Positions 16,453 to 25,322 are shown, counted from the first letter of the stretch. The stretch: 33,211 nucleotides of DNA from Minisyncoccia bacterium (GCA_038912545.1 JBCLFD010000004.1:1-33211), one strand, 5' to 3'. Numbers and translations are program-made. The notes: a model not told the origin generated them from the sequence alone.

Positions 16453-17136
16453 ATGTATTTCACTACATGGGCAGATTCTCTTAGTAATTCATTCCAGAAC
16501 TTATTCTATGGAGTTGTGGCGTTCATTCCTAATTTAGTTGTTGCCGTAATCATCTTCATCGTCGGCTGGCTCATCGGCGTCGGCGTTGGACGCGTCGTTT
16601 CGCAGATTATTGCTTCTATGCGTGTTGATCAGGCACTCCGTTCAACCGGTCTTGAACGATTGGTTAACCGCGCGGGCTTCCAGCTCAACTCGGGTGCGTT
16701 TCTCGGATTCCTCGTTGAGTGGTTCTTCATCATCGTCTTCTTGGTAGCATCGCTCCAAGTGCTTGGGCTCACGCAGGTGAATGACTTCTTGACGACCGTT
16801 GTGCTCGGCTATCTCCCGCAAGTCATTGCTGCATCGCTCATCCTGCTCGTCGCGGCGGTCGTCGCCGAATCTGCGGAGCGTGTCGTTGTTGGCAGTGCCA
16901 AGGCCGCGTCGCTCCGCTCTGCGGGCTTCATCGGCAAGGTGACTCGCTATGCCATCTGGATATTCGCGATCCTTGCCGCGCTTGCACAGCTGAACGTTGC
17001 TACCGCGTTTGTACAGACTCTCTTTACGGGTGTGGTTATCGCAATCGCTCTCGCGATCGGCCTCGCCTTCGGGCTTGGCGGTCAGCAGTCCGCATCTCGG
17101 TATCTGGACCATCTTCAGTCAGAGATGAAGGACTAG
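16453..17136 (+). CDS. TM-helix repeat membrane protein (CmpX / small mechanosensitive channel TM family)
   Basis: FIPNLV.AVIIFIVGWLI, YLP.VIAA.LIL, AAL.QL.VA, AIALAIGLAFGLGG. Confidence 0.88.
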   Translation: MYFTTWADSLSNSFQNLFYGVVAFIPNLVVAVIIFIVGWLIGVGVGRVVSQIIASMRVDQALRSTGLERLVNRAGFQLNSGAFLGFLVEWFFIIVFLVASLQVLGLTQVNDFLTTVVLGYLPQVIAASLILLVAAVVAESAERVVVGSAKAASLRSAGFIGKVTRYAIWIFAILAALAQLNVATAFVQTLFTGVVIAIALAIGLAFGLGGQQSASRYLDHLQSEMKD

Positions 17137-17175
17137 TTCGTCTTTTCCCTGCCTGCAGGCAAGACAGGTTCTTAA

Positions 17176-17212
17176 GCAAGCGTCCCGGCCTAGCCGGGGC
17201 GCTTGCGCTTTA
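17176..17212 (+). terminator. Hairpin terminator after the TM-helix gene
   Basis: gcaagcgtcccggc-cta-gccggggcgcttgc then gctttt. Confidence 0.6.
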
Positions 17213-17231
17213 TAGTGGCCTCCTCTATACT
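17203..17231 (+). promoter_or_regulatory. Putative sigma70 promoter for the rRNA unit
   Basis: TTGCGC-17 bp-TATACT; boxA-like AATCTTTAACCA at 17256-17267 and AATCTTTGACAT at 17358-17369 downstream. Confidence 0.55.
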
Positions 17232-17375
17232 CTTTCTACGTGTCTACGAACCGAAAATCTTTAACCAAAGGAGCGGATAGGCCGTAAGGCCGCGCGCGTT
17301 TAAAACGCACGAAACCGCCCCCCCCCCCGGGCGGTTTTCGTTTCAAAGGGACATGGGAATCTTTGACATACGAAA

Positions 17376-17435
17376 TCCCGTTAGAGACAAGAACTTTCAA
17401 GTTCTGGCTTGCTAAAGCAAGCGTCTCTAACGGGA
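17376..17435 (+). repeat. 60-bp MITE-like element, family D copy 1
   Basis: 13-bp terminal IR tcccgttagagac/gtctctaacggga enclosing two small hairpins; near-identical to 20549-20611. Confidence 0.9.
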
Positions 17436-17732
17436 CGAATAACATAGGTAAAAATGTCCAGCACTAATCTTTAGTGCTGGATGAAATTGTGCTGTTTAGA
17501 GTTCCGCACGAGAGATAATAAGAGTGCACGGTGGATGCCTTGGCCTAGGACGGCGAAGAAGGACGCGACTAACCTGCGAAAAGCTTCGGGGAGGCGGTTT
17601 GTAGCCTGTGATCCGGAGATGTCCGAATGGGGAAACCCTACAGTTTTGAACTGTAATCCGCGGGGTAACGCCTGCGCGATGCGAACTCGGGGAAGTGAAA
17701 CATCTCAGTACCCGAAGGAAAAGAGAACAATA

Positions 17733-17783
17733 TGAGTTGTGTTCTCTTCAAGCATTATGTTTGTTTGAAGGGAACACAACTCG
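17733..17783 (+). other. Hairpin insertion/expansion in 23S domain I
   Basis: gagttgtgttctcttcaagca / tgtttgaagggaacacaactc stem placed between AAAAGAGAACAA and GATACCCTGAGTAGCGGCGAGCG, which are nearly adjacent in typical 23S. Confidence 0.8.
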
Positions 17784-18054
17784 CGTGATACCCTGAGTAG
17801 CGGCGAGCGAAAAGGGAAAAGCCCAAACCAGAGTCTTCGGACGCTGGGGTTGTAAGATGTGAACGTCCCGATTTATCGGGAGAAGAGTCACAAAATGTCT
17901 ATATAGCTGAAGCTGCTGGGAAGCAGCACCCTAGAGGGTAATGGTCCCGTAAGCGAAATGTAAGACATCTCTTGTTCATATTCTTGAGTAGTTCGAGACA
18001 CGAATAGCTCGAATGAATCTGCCGGAACTAACCGGTAAGGCTAAATACGTCCTA

Positions 18055-18101
<47 letters not shown>

Positions 18102-19482
18102 GAGAGGGGAGTGAAATAGAACTGAAACCGTGTACTTACAAAGGGTCGGAGCCCGTCACACTTACAAGTGTGGCTGGGTGACGGCGTGCCTATTGAAGAA
18201 TGAGCCGGCGAGTGTATGTATCTTGCGTAGCTAAGCCCTTCCGGGGCGGAGCTTAAGGGAAACCGAGCGTGAATAGCGCGATTGTAGGATACATACGACC
18301 CGAAACCAGATGAGCTTGCCATGAGCAGGGTGAAGTTTGTCGAAAGACAAATGGAGGCCCGAACCCGTGAGTCGTACAACGCTCTGGGATGACTTGTGGC
18401 AAGGAGTGAAAAGCTAATCGAATCTGGAAATAGCTGGTTCTCTCCGAAACAGCTTTTGGGCTGGCGTTGCGATTACGTGCGCGTGGGGGTAGAGCACTGG
18501 AAGGGGTCAACAGGGAGCAATCTCGTGACTCCTATCAAACTCCGAATACCACGCGCTCCGCGCAGCAGTTAGAAGGTGGGGGCGAAGCTCCATCGTTCAA
18601 GAGGGGAAGAGCCCAGATCGCCAGTTAAGGCCCCTAAATCGACATTCAGTACATCCACAAGGAAGTGAGGACTCATTGACAGTGAGGATGTTGGCTTAGA
18701 AGCAGCCACCATTTAAAGAAAGCGTAACAGCTCACTCATCGAGAGTCCTTGCGCCGAAGATGATCGGGGTTAAATGTCGTGCCGAAACTGCGGGTTTGTG
18801 AGACCCTTCGGGGTCTTGCAAGCGGTAGGAGAGCGTTCCGTTCTGCGATGAAGGTCAAGGGGTAACCCAGGCTGGAGCGTACGGAAGTGAGAATGCCGGT
18901 ACAAGTAACCACAATGCGGGTGAGATCCCCGCACGTCGAAAGACCAAGGTTTCCTCAGCTATGGTGATCAACTGAGGGTTAGTCGGGCCTAAGGGGATGG
19001 CGAGAGCCGCACCCGATGGACACACGGTTAATATTCCGTGACCGTGAGCAGAGGCGAAGGAGTGACGGATTGCTGTATGTGTCGCCGGTTATTGGATTCC
19101 GGTCGGCTTAGTGAGGGCGCGCGTTAGGTAAATCCGGCGCGCATTATCCCAAGCTACGTCGCAATTTCCTTCTACGGAGGGAGAGAGGACACAAAGCGCG
19201 ATTCCAAGAAAAACTTCTACGCATTCAACTCTGTTTGCGACCGTACCGCACACCGACACAGGTGGTCAGCTCGAGTAGAGTAAGACGAACGAGTAAGATG
19301 TCCTCAAGGAACTCGGCAAATAAGCGGCCGTAAGTTAGCAATAAGGCCTGCCCCGCTGTTATGGCGGGGCCGCAGTGAAAGTTTCCCTGGCGACTGTTTA
19401 CCAAAAACACAGCTCCCTGCGAACTCGTAAGAGGATGTATAGGGGGTGACACCTGACCAATGCCGGAAGGTCAACCACGGGC

Positions 19483-19568
19483 GGTGTGCGCATCACACTG
19501 CGTGTGATGCGAGATTTAAATATTTAAACATTTAAATTTCGCATCGCGCATAGCGCGATGCGCATGCT
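19483..19568 (+). other. Expansion of 23S helix 68 with nested palindromes
   Basis: Between GCCGGAAGGTCAA and AAGCCCCGGTGAA; three internal hairpins closed by ggtgtgc/gcatgct. Confidence 0.8.
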
Positions 19569-19620
19569 GGACTGTGTAAGCCCCGGTGAATGTCGGCGAT
19601 AACTATAATCGTCCTAAGGT

Positions 19621-19806
19621 TCGCGGTGTGACTTCGGTCGCACCGCGAAGGACTAGGACGATTGTAGGGTGAACAGAATGCACCAAGTTACCTGAGTATG
19701 GAGTAATCCGTACTTTGTCCAACAATGACTCAAATGAGAGGCCATACGTCATGATCCGCGCAAGCGGAATAAGATATGGTCCTTCGCGTGTTAAAAGGAA
19801 ACGAAG
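19621..19806 (+). mobile_element. 186-nt group I-like intron after 23S U1931-equivalent, no ORF
   Basis: Splits GTCCTAAGGT|AGCGCAATTCC; follows U, ends in G; P7 gaggcca/tggtcc, J8/7 AAGATA, P8 tccgc-gcaa-gcgga. Confidence 0.8.
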
Positions 19807-20548
19807 AGCGCAATTCCTTGTCGAGTAATTTTCGACGTGCACGAATGGTGTAACGACTGGGGGACTGTCTCGAGGACTGGCTCGGTGAAAATGCAATTCC
19901 GGTGAAGATGCCGGATACCTGTAGTTAGACGAAAAGACCCCAGGAGCTTTACTACAGCTTCGTATTGGCCCTACGTGATTCATGCGTAGCATAGGTGGGA
20001 GGATTTGAAGCGAGGGTTTCGGCTCTCGTGGATCCGTCAGTGAAATACCACTCTTGAATTGTGTAGTGTCTAACCCTGTTGGGATCCAACAGGGGACCGT
20101 GCGTGGCGGGTAGTTTTGGTGGGGCGCTATCCTCCTAAAAAGTAACGGAGGAGTCTATTAAGGTTCTCTAGGCGCGAATGGAAACCGTGCCGATAGTGTA
20201 ATGGCAAAAGAGAGCTTAACTGCGAGGGGTACATCCCAAGCAGATGCGAAAGCAGAGCATAGTGAACCGATGGTACGCTTTAGATGCGGCCAGAGATTAA
20301 CGGATATAAGTTACCCTGGGGATAACAGGCTAGTTCCGCCCAAGCGTCCATAGCGACGGCGGAGTTCGGCACCTCGATGTCGGCTCAACATAGCGCGGGG
20401 GTGAAGAAGCTCCCAAGCGTTTGGCTGTTCGCCAATTAAAATGTTACGTGAGCTGGGTTCAGACCGTTCAGCATCTCATTGATGAGATGGGAGATTGAAC
20501 GGTCTGAATCCACGAGGAAATGTTAGGCACGTGGAGACGTGCTGTGCG

Positions 20549-20611
20549 TCCCGTTAGAGACAAGAACTTCACCAAAGTTCTGGCTTGCTAAAGCAAGCGT
20601 CTCTAACGGGA
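20549..20611 (+). repeat. 63-bp MITE-like element, family D copy 2 (inside L2593 intron)
   Basis: Identical to 17376-17435 except in one hairpin loop. Confidence 0.9.
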
Positions 20612-20726
20612 TGCGATAAGACAACTCACGGCGGTCGCGCGCAGGAATGCGCGTGTAAGCAAATCAACTGATATCGGTGGAATCCGCTTTTAATGCGGCG
20701 GACAATACCGAGGGAATAGAGACGGA

Positions 20727-20794
20727 AAGCAGTAAGCAGTAAGCAGTAAGCAGAAATTCTCTGCCTACCGCCTACCGCATTCTGCCTACTGTTT
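20727..20794 (+). repeat. Heptamer-array foldback element, family C copy 2 (in intron P6)
   Basis: aagcagt x3 + aagcaga, loop, then tctgcct accgcct accgcat tctgcct actgttt. Confidence 0.85.
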
Positions 20795-20952
20795 TTGGCC
20801 CTTAGAGACTGAATGTTGATCACCCTAACTAATAACATAGCGGGTGGTGTTACAGTCCGATCCCCGCAGTAATGCGGGTCAACTGGATGCGTGAGACAGG
20901 TTGGTCTCCTATCTACTACAGGCGTTGATTCTTGAGGAGGGTCGTCCCTAGT

Positions 20953-21769
20953 AAAGAATTGCTACTTCAGAGAGAGATCTCTGATGACAACGTGGCTTAT
21001 AACGGTGAAGTCTACGACTCATCTGGTATTAGAGGGCGGTATCCGAAGGTCCAGTGGATATCGAACTCGCTTGAGGACCAGAATGACGCTATGATAATAC
21101 CGTGGGAAGTCGACCAAATATTAAGGATGCAGATCTCGCGTATATTGCGGGTTTCTTGGATGGAGATGGAAGTCTCATGCTCCAATTGAAACGCCGCAGC
21201 GACTCTATGCGTGGTGTGCGATTCATGGCAACGATGTGTTTCTATCAAGATACACGCCATGAAAAGCCGCTTGCATGGATTCGCACGCGACTCGGGTGTG
21301 GTTATGTATCGCATCGAAACGATGGTATGACGGAATTGCGCATCAATGGATTCTCGCAAGTGCGGGAGACGTTGGAAGCATTATTACCGCATCTTCGTTT
21401 CAAAAAGCTCCAAGCCCGCATGCTCATACGAGCATGTCGGCAACTGGAGCGGCAAACGATACGTACCATGTCCGAACGCGAATTACGTTCAATCGTCGAG
21501 CTCTTGCTTAAAATTCAGAATGAAAATTATGCAAGCAAGCGACGAAAAACAAAAGAAGAACTGTATCAGATACTTGGTTTGACCCCGTAACGACTTGCAT
21601 TGAAAGACATGCAGACTCATGTGTTGAGGAATCATTCCGTAGAGAATGACTGCTCATGTGGGTAAGATGCCACCATCCTCGTCCGTCAATTGACGGAACG
21701 GATGAAGATATAGTCTGCGCTCCTGGAAACAGGGGAAACATTAGCTGGGAAATTAACCAGTTAATTGCG
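20953..21769 (+). mobile_element. 817-nt group I intron in the sarcin-ricin loop (after U2656-equivalent) with LAGLIDADG gene
   Basis: Splits CCTAGT|ACGAGAGGACC; P1 tagtaa/ttgcta with U-G at the splice site; ends in G; P ataacggtgaa, Q aataccgtg, R cccgtaacgact, S aagatatagtc. Confidence 0.93.
21102..21590 (+). CDS. Single-motif LAGLIDADG homing endonuclease (intron-encoded)
   Basis: LAYIAGFLDGDGS motif, FYQ, LG.GYV, LLPHLRFKK.QA; GTG start inside Q element, stop inside R element. Confidence 0.93.
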   Translation: MGSRPNIKDADLAYIAGFLDGDGSLMLQLKRRSDSMRGVRFMATMCFYQDTRHEKPLAWIRTRLGCGYVSHRNDGMTELRINGFSQVRETLEALLPHLRFKKLQARMLIRACRQLERQTIRTMSERELRSIVELLLKIQNENYASKRRKTKEELYQILGLTP

Positions 21770-22092
21770 ACGAGAGGACCGGGATGAACTGACCTCTGGT
21801 CTACCAGCTGTCCTGCCAAGGGCACCGCTGGGTAGCTATGTCGGGTCGTGATAACCGCTGAAAGCATATAAGCGGGAAACATGCTCCAAGATTAGGAATC
21901 GTTATGAGGCTCCTAGGAGATGACTAGGTTGATAGGCTCCAGGTGGAAGCGCGGTAACGCGTTGAGCCGAGGAGTACTAATATGCCCAGTCTCTCGTGCG
22001 GAACTCTGAACAACACAATTTTACCCAGCACTAGAGTTTAGTTCTTGGTATACCTATATGCTATAAGTGAACAAAGTTCATTGTGTGTTTAG

Positions 22093-22207
22093 TGCTGGTG
22101 CTTTGGCGGTGGGGTCACACCCGATCTCATTCCGAACTCGGCAGTTAAGCCCGCTTGCGCCGATGGTACTCAGCGTATCAGTTGGGGAGAGTAGGTAGGC
22201 GCCAGCA
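22093..22207 (+). rRNA. rrf: 5S rRNA
   Basis: CACACCCGATCTCATTCCGAACTCGGCAGTTAAGC, GCCGATGGTACT, GGGAGAGTAGGT; terminal helix tgctggtg/cgccagca. Confidence 0.96.
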
Positions 22208-22256
22208 CTAAGTACACAATGTTTTGCGGAGCGTTTTTTCATATATACTACGCATA

Positions 22257-23021
22257 ATGAATTGGGCAGAGCGGAGGCGATTTATAATACTGCTCATTGC
22301 GGGCGCGATTATCGTTGCTATTGTTGCAGTCACACTTACCGCAACGTTCTACAAAGCGCCGTCGTGTCGCGACAATGTGCAGAATCAAGGCGAAGCGGGA
22401 GTGGATTGTGGAGGGTCATGTGCCTATCTCTGTACTGCTCTTGAACAACCGCCAACGGTGCTTTACACGAAAGTGGTTGAGAGTGCTGGAGGCCGTACCA
22501 ACATCATTGCGTCTGTTGTAAATAAGAATGCCGATGCTGCAGCGAAGCAAGTGCCGTATACGCTCACGCTCTACGGCGCTGACCTCGTGCTCATTTCGCA
22601 AACACGAGGGATTGTTGATTTGCCACCGGGTGCTACGGTGCCGGTGTATGTGCCGAACATCGCAACGGGGAATCAGATTGTCGCATCCGCATTTCTTTCT
22701 ATAGAGTCGACGGCGCCCGCGTGGTATCGTCTCGCATCTGACCCACGAGTTTTACCGATCGTTGCGAACAGCAAGCTCAGTGGTTCAACAAGCTCCCCAC
22801 GAGTTGAAGCAACGCTCATGAATCCAAGTGTCACTGCCCTCGTGAACGTTCGTGCCGTTGTTCTCGTGCGCGGAGAAGGCGGTGCTATTATCGCCGCATC
22901 TTCTACGATTGTGCCGGCGATTCCGGCTTCGGGGCAAGCGAGCGCAATCTTCACCTGGAATCATCCATTTCCAAGCATACCGCTTTCTATTGAAGTGGTG
23001 CCGAGCGTGCCCCTGCCGTGA
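22257..23021 (+). CDS. Membrane-anchored extracytoplasmic protein with Cys motif and two beta-sandwich-like domains
   Basis: N-terminal TM, SCRDNVQNQGEAGVDCGGSC..LC motif; GTGA overlap with rodA. Confidence 0.8.
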   Translation: MNWAERRRFIILLIAGAIIVAIVAVTLTATFYKAPSCRDNVQNQGEAGVDCGGSCAYLCTALEQPPTVLYTKVVESAGGRTNIIASVVNKNADAAAKQVPYTLTLYGADLVLISQTRGIVDLPPGATVPVYVPNIATGNQIVASAFLSIESTAPAWYRLASDPRVLPIVANSKLSGSTSSPRVEATLMNPSVTALVNVRAVVLVRGEGGAIIAASSTIVPAIPASGQASAIFTWNHPFPSIPLSIEVVPSVPLP

Positions 23022-24166
23022 GCACTCCCTTGGTGCGACGATACAAACTGTTCTCCATTTCTGGCGGGGATTGGACCCTTTTCATTCCCGCAGTTATGCT
23101 CTCGCTCATAGGGATTCTAACGATGAGCACCTTCGGAATGGGTGCGACGCTCGCGCCACGACAGCTTATCTGGCTTCTCATCGCCAGCATCATATATTTT
23201 TCACTTTCGTCTCTGGACATGAGTTTCATCCGCCGCACGCCTGTGGTGATGACACTGTACGGCTTTTCGTTGCTTCTGCTTCTGCTTCTGCTATTCGTGA
23301 ATCCGATTATGGGCGCGCGTGCGTGGTTCACACTCGGACCAATATCATTTCAGCCGGCAGACCTAGCGAAGCTCGCTCTCCTCGCTCTCCTCGCGAAATA
23401 TCTCTCGCGCCGACATGTTGAAATCGGCGATGTCCGGCACATACTCGTATCTGGTGCGTACGCGCTCGCACTCATTCTGCTCATTCTTATTGAACCTGAT
23501 ATGGGGAATGCGATTATCGTCGGCGTGCTCTGGCTCGGTATGATGCTGGTCTCCGGCATTTCTAAGAAACATCTTTTGGCGCTCGGCATGATCGCTCTCG
23601 TGGTAGCGACCGCACTCTGGTTCGGCGGTTTGAAGCCCTATCAGCGCACACGCATTGTTTCATTCGTGAATCCGGCGAGCGACATTCGCGGTGCGGGCTA
23701 TAGCGCATACCAAGCGAAGATAGCGATGGGAAGCGGGGAGATCTTTGGCAAGGGGATTGGTTACGGTACGCAGAGCAAATTGCGTTTCCTGCCTGAATAT
23801 CAGACCGACTTTATTTTCGCGGCATTCGCCGAGGAATGGGGATTCGTCGGCGTACTCCTTCTGCTTGGCTTGTATGCACTTTTATTTATCCGGCTCGCAG
23901 AAATAGCGCGAGCCGCGACGACGAATGTTGACGCATTCTTCACGCTTGGCGTACTCATCTTATTCGCCGCGCATCTGGCTATTCATGCCGGCATCAGCTT
24001 AGGGCTCTTGCCGGTGACCGGTACGACTATACCGTTTATGAGTTCGGGCGGCTCCCACTTGGTGCTTGAATTCGCGGCACTTGGCATCGTCACCTCGCTC
24101 GCCCGCCATGGGCGTGCCGCCGCACGCGACCAACAGAAAAACGAATATCTAAGCGGTTACGGATAA
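23018..24166 (+). CDS. rodA: SEDS-family peptidoglycan polymerase RodA
   Basis: GARAW..LGP.SFQPADLAK, EPD.G, YQ..RI..F..P, GY...Q..IA.GSG...GKG, FLPE.QTDFIFA..AEEWGF, LLPVTG.T.PF.S.GGS. Confidence 0.92.
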   Translation: MSTPLVRRYKLFSISGGDWTLFIPAVMLSLIGILTMSTFGMGATLAPRQLIWLLIASIIYFSLSSLDMSFIRRTPVVMTLYGFSLLLLLLLLFVNPIMGARAWFTLGPISFQPADLAKLALLALLAKYLSRRHVEIGDVRHILVSGAYALALILLILIEPDMGNAIIVGVLWLGMMLVSGISKKHLLALGMIALVVATALWFGGLKPYQRTRIVSFVNPASDIRGAGYSAYQAKIAMGSGEIFGKGIGYGTQSKLRFLPEYQTDFIFAAFAEEWGFVGVLLLLGLYALLFIRLAEIARAATTNVDAFFTLGVLILFAAHLAIHAGISLGLLPVTGTTIPFMSSGGSHLVLEFAALGIVTSLARHGRAAARDQQKNEYLSGYG

Positions 24167-24177
24167 AATCTAATAAC

Positions 24178-24366
24178 ATGGCTAAAAAACTTTCAAAACT
24201 AAAATATCCAGCATTACGACCTGAGAAAGTGGCATTATATAAAAAGATAAGCGAAGAAATGGATCGCGGCATTGGCGTAGAAGGACCGTTCACACTCGAA
24301 GAATTAATAGCACACATGGATAAAGTACGAGCGCGTGCAAAAAAGAAGAAATCAAAGCGCAAATAG
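24178..24366 (+). CDS. Small basic hypothetical protein (62 aa)
   Basis: ORF 11 nt after rodA stop, AT-rich; GPFTLEELIAH segment recalls antitoxin C-termini. Confidence 0.55.
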   Translation: MAKKLSKLKYPALRPEKVALYKKISEEMDRGIGVEGPFTLEELIAHMDKVRARAKKKKSKRK

Positions 24367-24376
24367 CACAAACTGC

Positions 24377-24476
24377 TCACGGTCGTAAGCACTTTGTGTT
24401 ACCGAAGCATATCCGCTAAATATTACGACCGTGAAGTTTAAGGGATATGACATATCAAATAGATACTACGACCGTG
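24377..24476. repeat. Three copies of TACGACCGTG (one inverted, two direct)
   Basis: tcacggtcgtaa 24377-24388, ttacgaccgtga 24423-24434, tacgaccgtg 24467-24476. Confidence 0.75.
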
Positions 24477-24620
24477 GGAACATTTTGATATGTGCAGAGT
24501 TGGTAGAGGAGGGCTTATTTTATGGATTTAAAACACCAGTGGATACTATTCCCGCCACACCACTTGCATTATTTGAGGGGGGGGTAGCATTGGGGCATTA
24601 GAAGTTAACTTTTTAATAGT

Positions 24621-25322
24621 ATGACTAACGAGAAATGGACATCTGAACAATTAAAGAAACAGGCCGAAAGAACAAAATCCGATGCTAAGCTACTTTCCAT
24701 AGAAAAGAGATACTATGATGATTCACATGAGGACAAGGACGCAGAAAGAAGTCAGGATGAATTGGCAAAATATGTTCAAGATCCGGGCGTGCAAGAGCCA
24801 CGGTTGGATGTTAAATATAACTCAATAAAATCGATAAAAGAAGAAAAGAAGATTCACGACACGGACGCTTTAAGAAAAGAAGGACCCAAGCTAATAGCTA
24901 AAATCTTAGAAACGATTACTGATGACGAAATACAAAATTTGAAAATTGAAACTACGGTTGAGGAAAATGGACAATTTAAGCTAAAGGACTATGTTGTGTT
25001 AACAGTATCTGGTGAATTTGAAGGAAAAGAAGTTGTATTTGTTAGTCGATGGTGGGCAAATTTTCAGAAACGTTTTGGAGCGGGTATACCAACTGCTGAT
25101 AAAAACGAAGTAAAGTATCGTTTTGCTGACGTTTCTGCATATGTTGATGGTGTTCAGCTTGGTGATGGGAGATTCAAAAGTGAGGAGACAAAACCCTACG
25201 ATATCGATCATATTCTTGATCAGAAGAAAATTGACAAGATTATTGAAAGAAAAGAGGATTTAGAGGGTAGGAAACTGTTCAATGATCCTACTGACAAAAG
25301 TCCTTATAGTTATAAAAGCTAG
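24621..25322 (+). CDS. Hypothetical protein, AT-rich, highly charged
   Basis: 233-aa open frame, low GC, no family recognised. Confidence 0.7.
   Translation: MTNEKWTSEQLKKQAERTKSDAKLLSIEKRYYDDSHEDKDAERSQDELAKYVQDPGVQEPRLDVKYNSIKSIKEEKKIHDTDALRKEGPKLIAKILETITDDEIQNLKIETTVEENGQFKLKDYVVLTVSGEFEGKEVVFVSRWWANFQKRFGAGIPTADKNEVKYRFADVSAYVDGVQLGDGRFKSEETKPYDIDHILDQKKIDKIIERKEDLEGRKLFNDPTDKSPYSYKS

Larger units (their letters stand above)
20468..20889 (+). mobile_element. 422-nt group I intron after 23S U2593-equivalent, no homing endonuclease
   Basis: Splits AGACCGT|CGTGAGACAG; ends in G; P3 atcaac/gttgat, P4 tcggt/accga, R cttagagactg, S gttacagtcc, P9 cccgca-gtaa-tgcggg. Confidence 0.9.

Noticed and set aside
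17318-17328. C11 homopolymer as a phase-variable tract
   Set aside because: Lies in a non-coding hairpin loop, not in a promoter spacer or ORF; length may be a sequencing artefact
17236-17345. tRNA, SRP RNA, tmRNA or riboswitch upstream of 23S
   Set aside because: No cloverleaf/T-loop, no SRP CAGG-GNRA-AGCA motif, no aptamer consensus I can match
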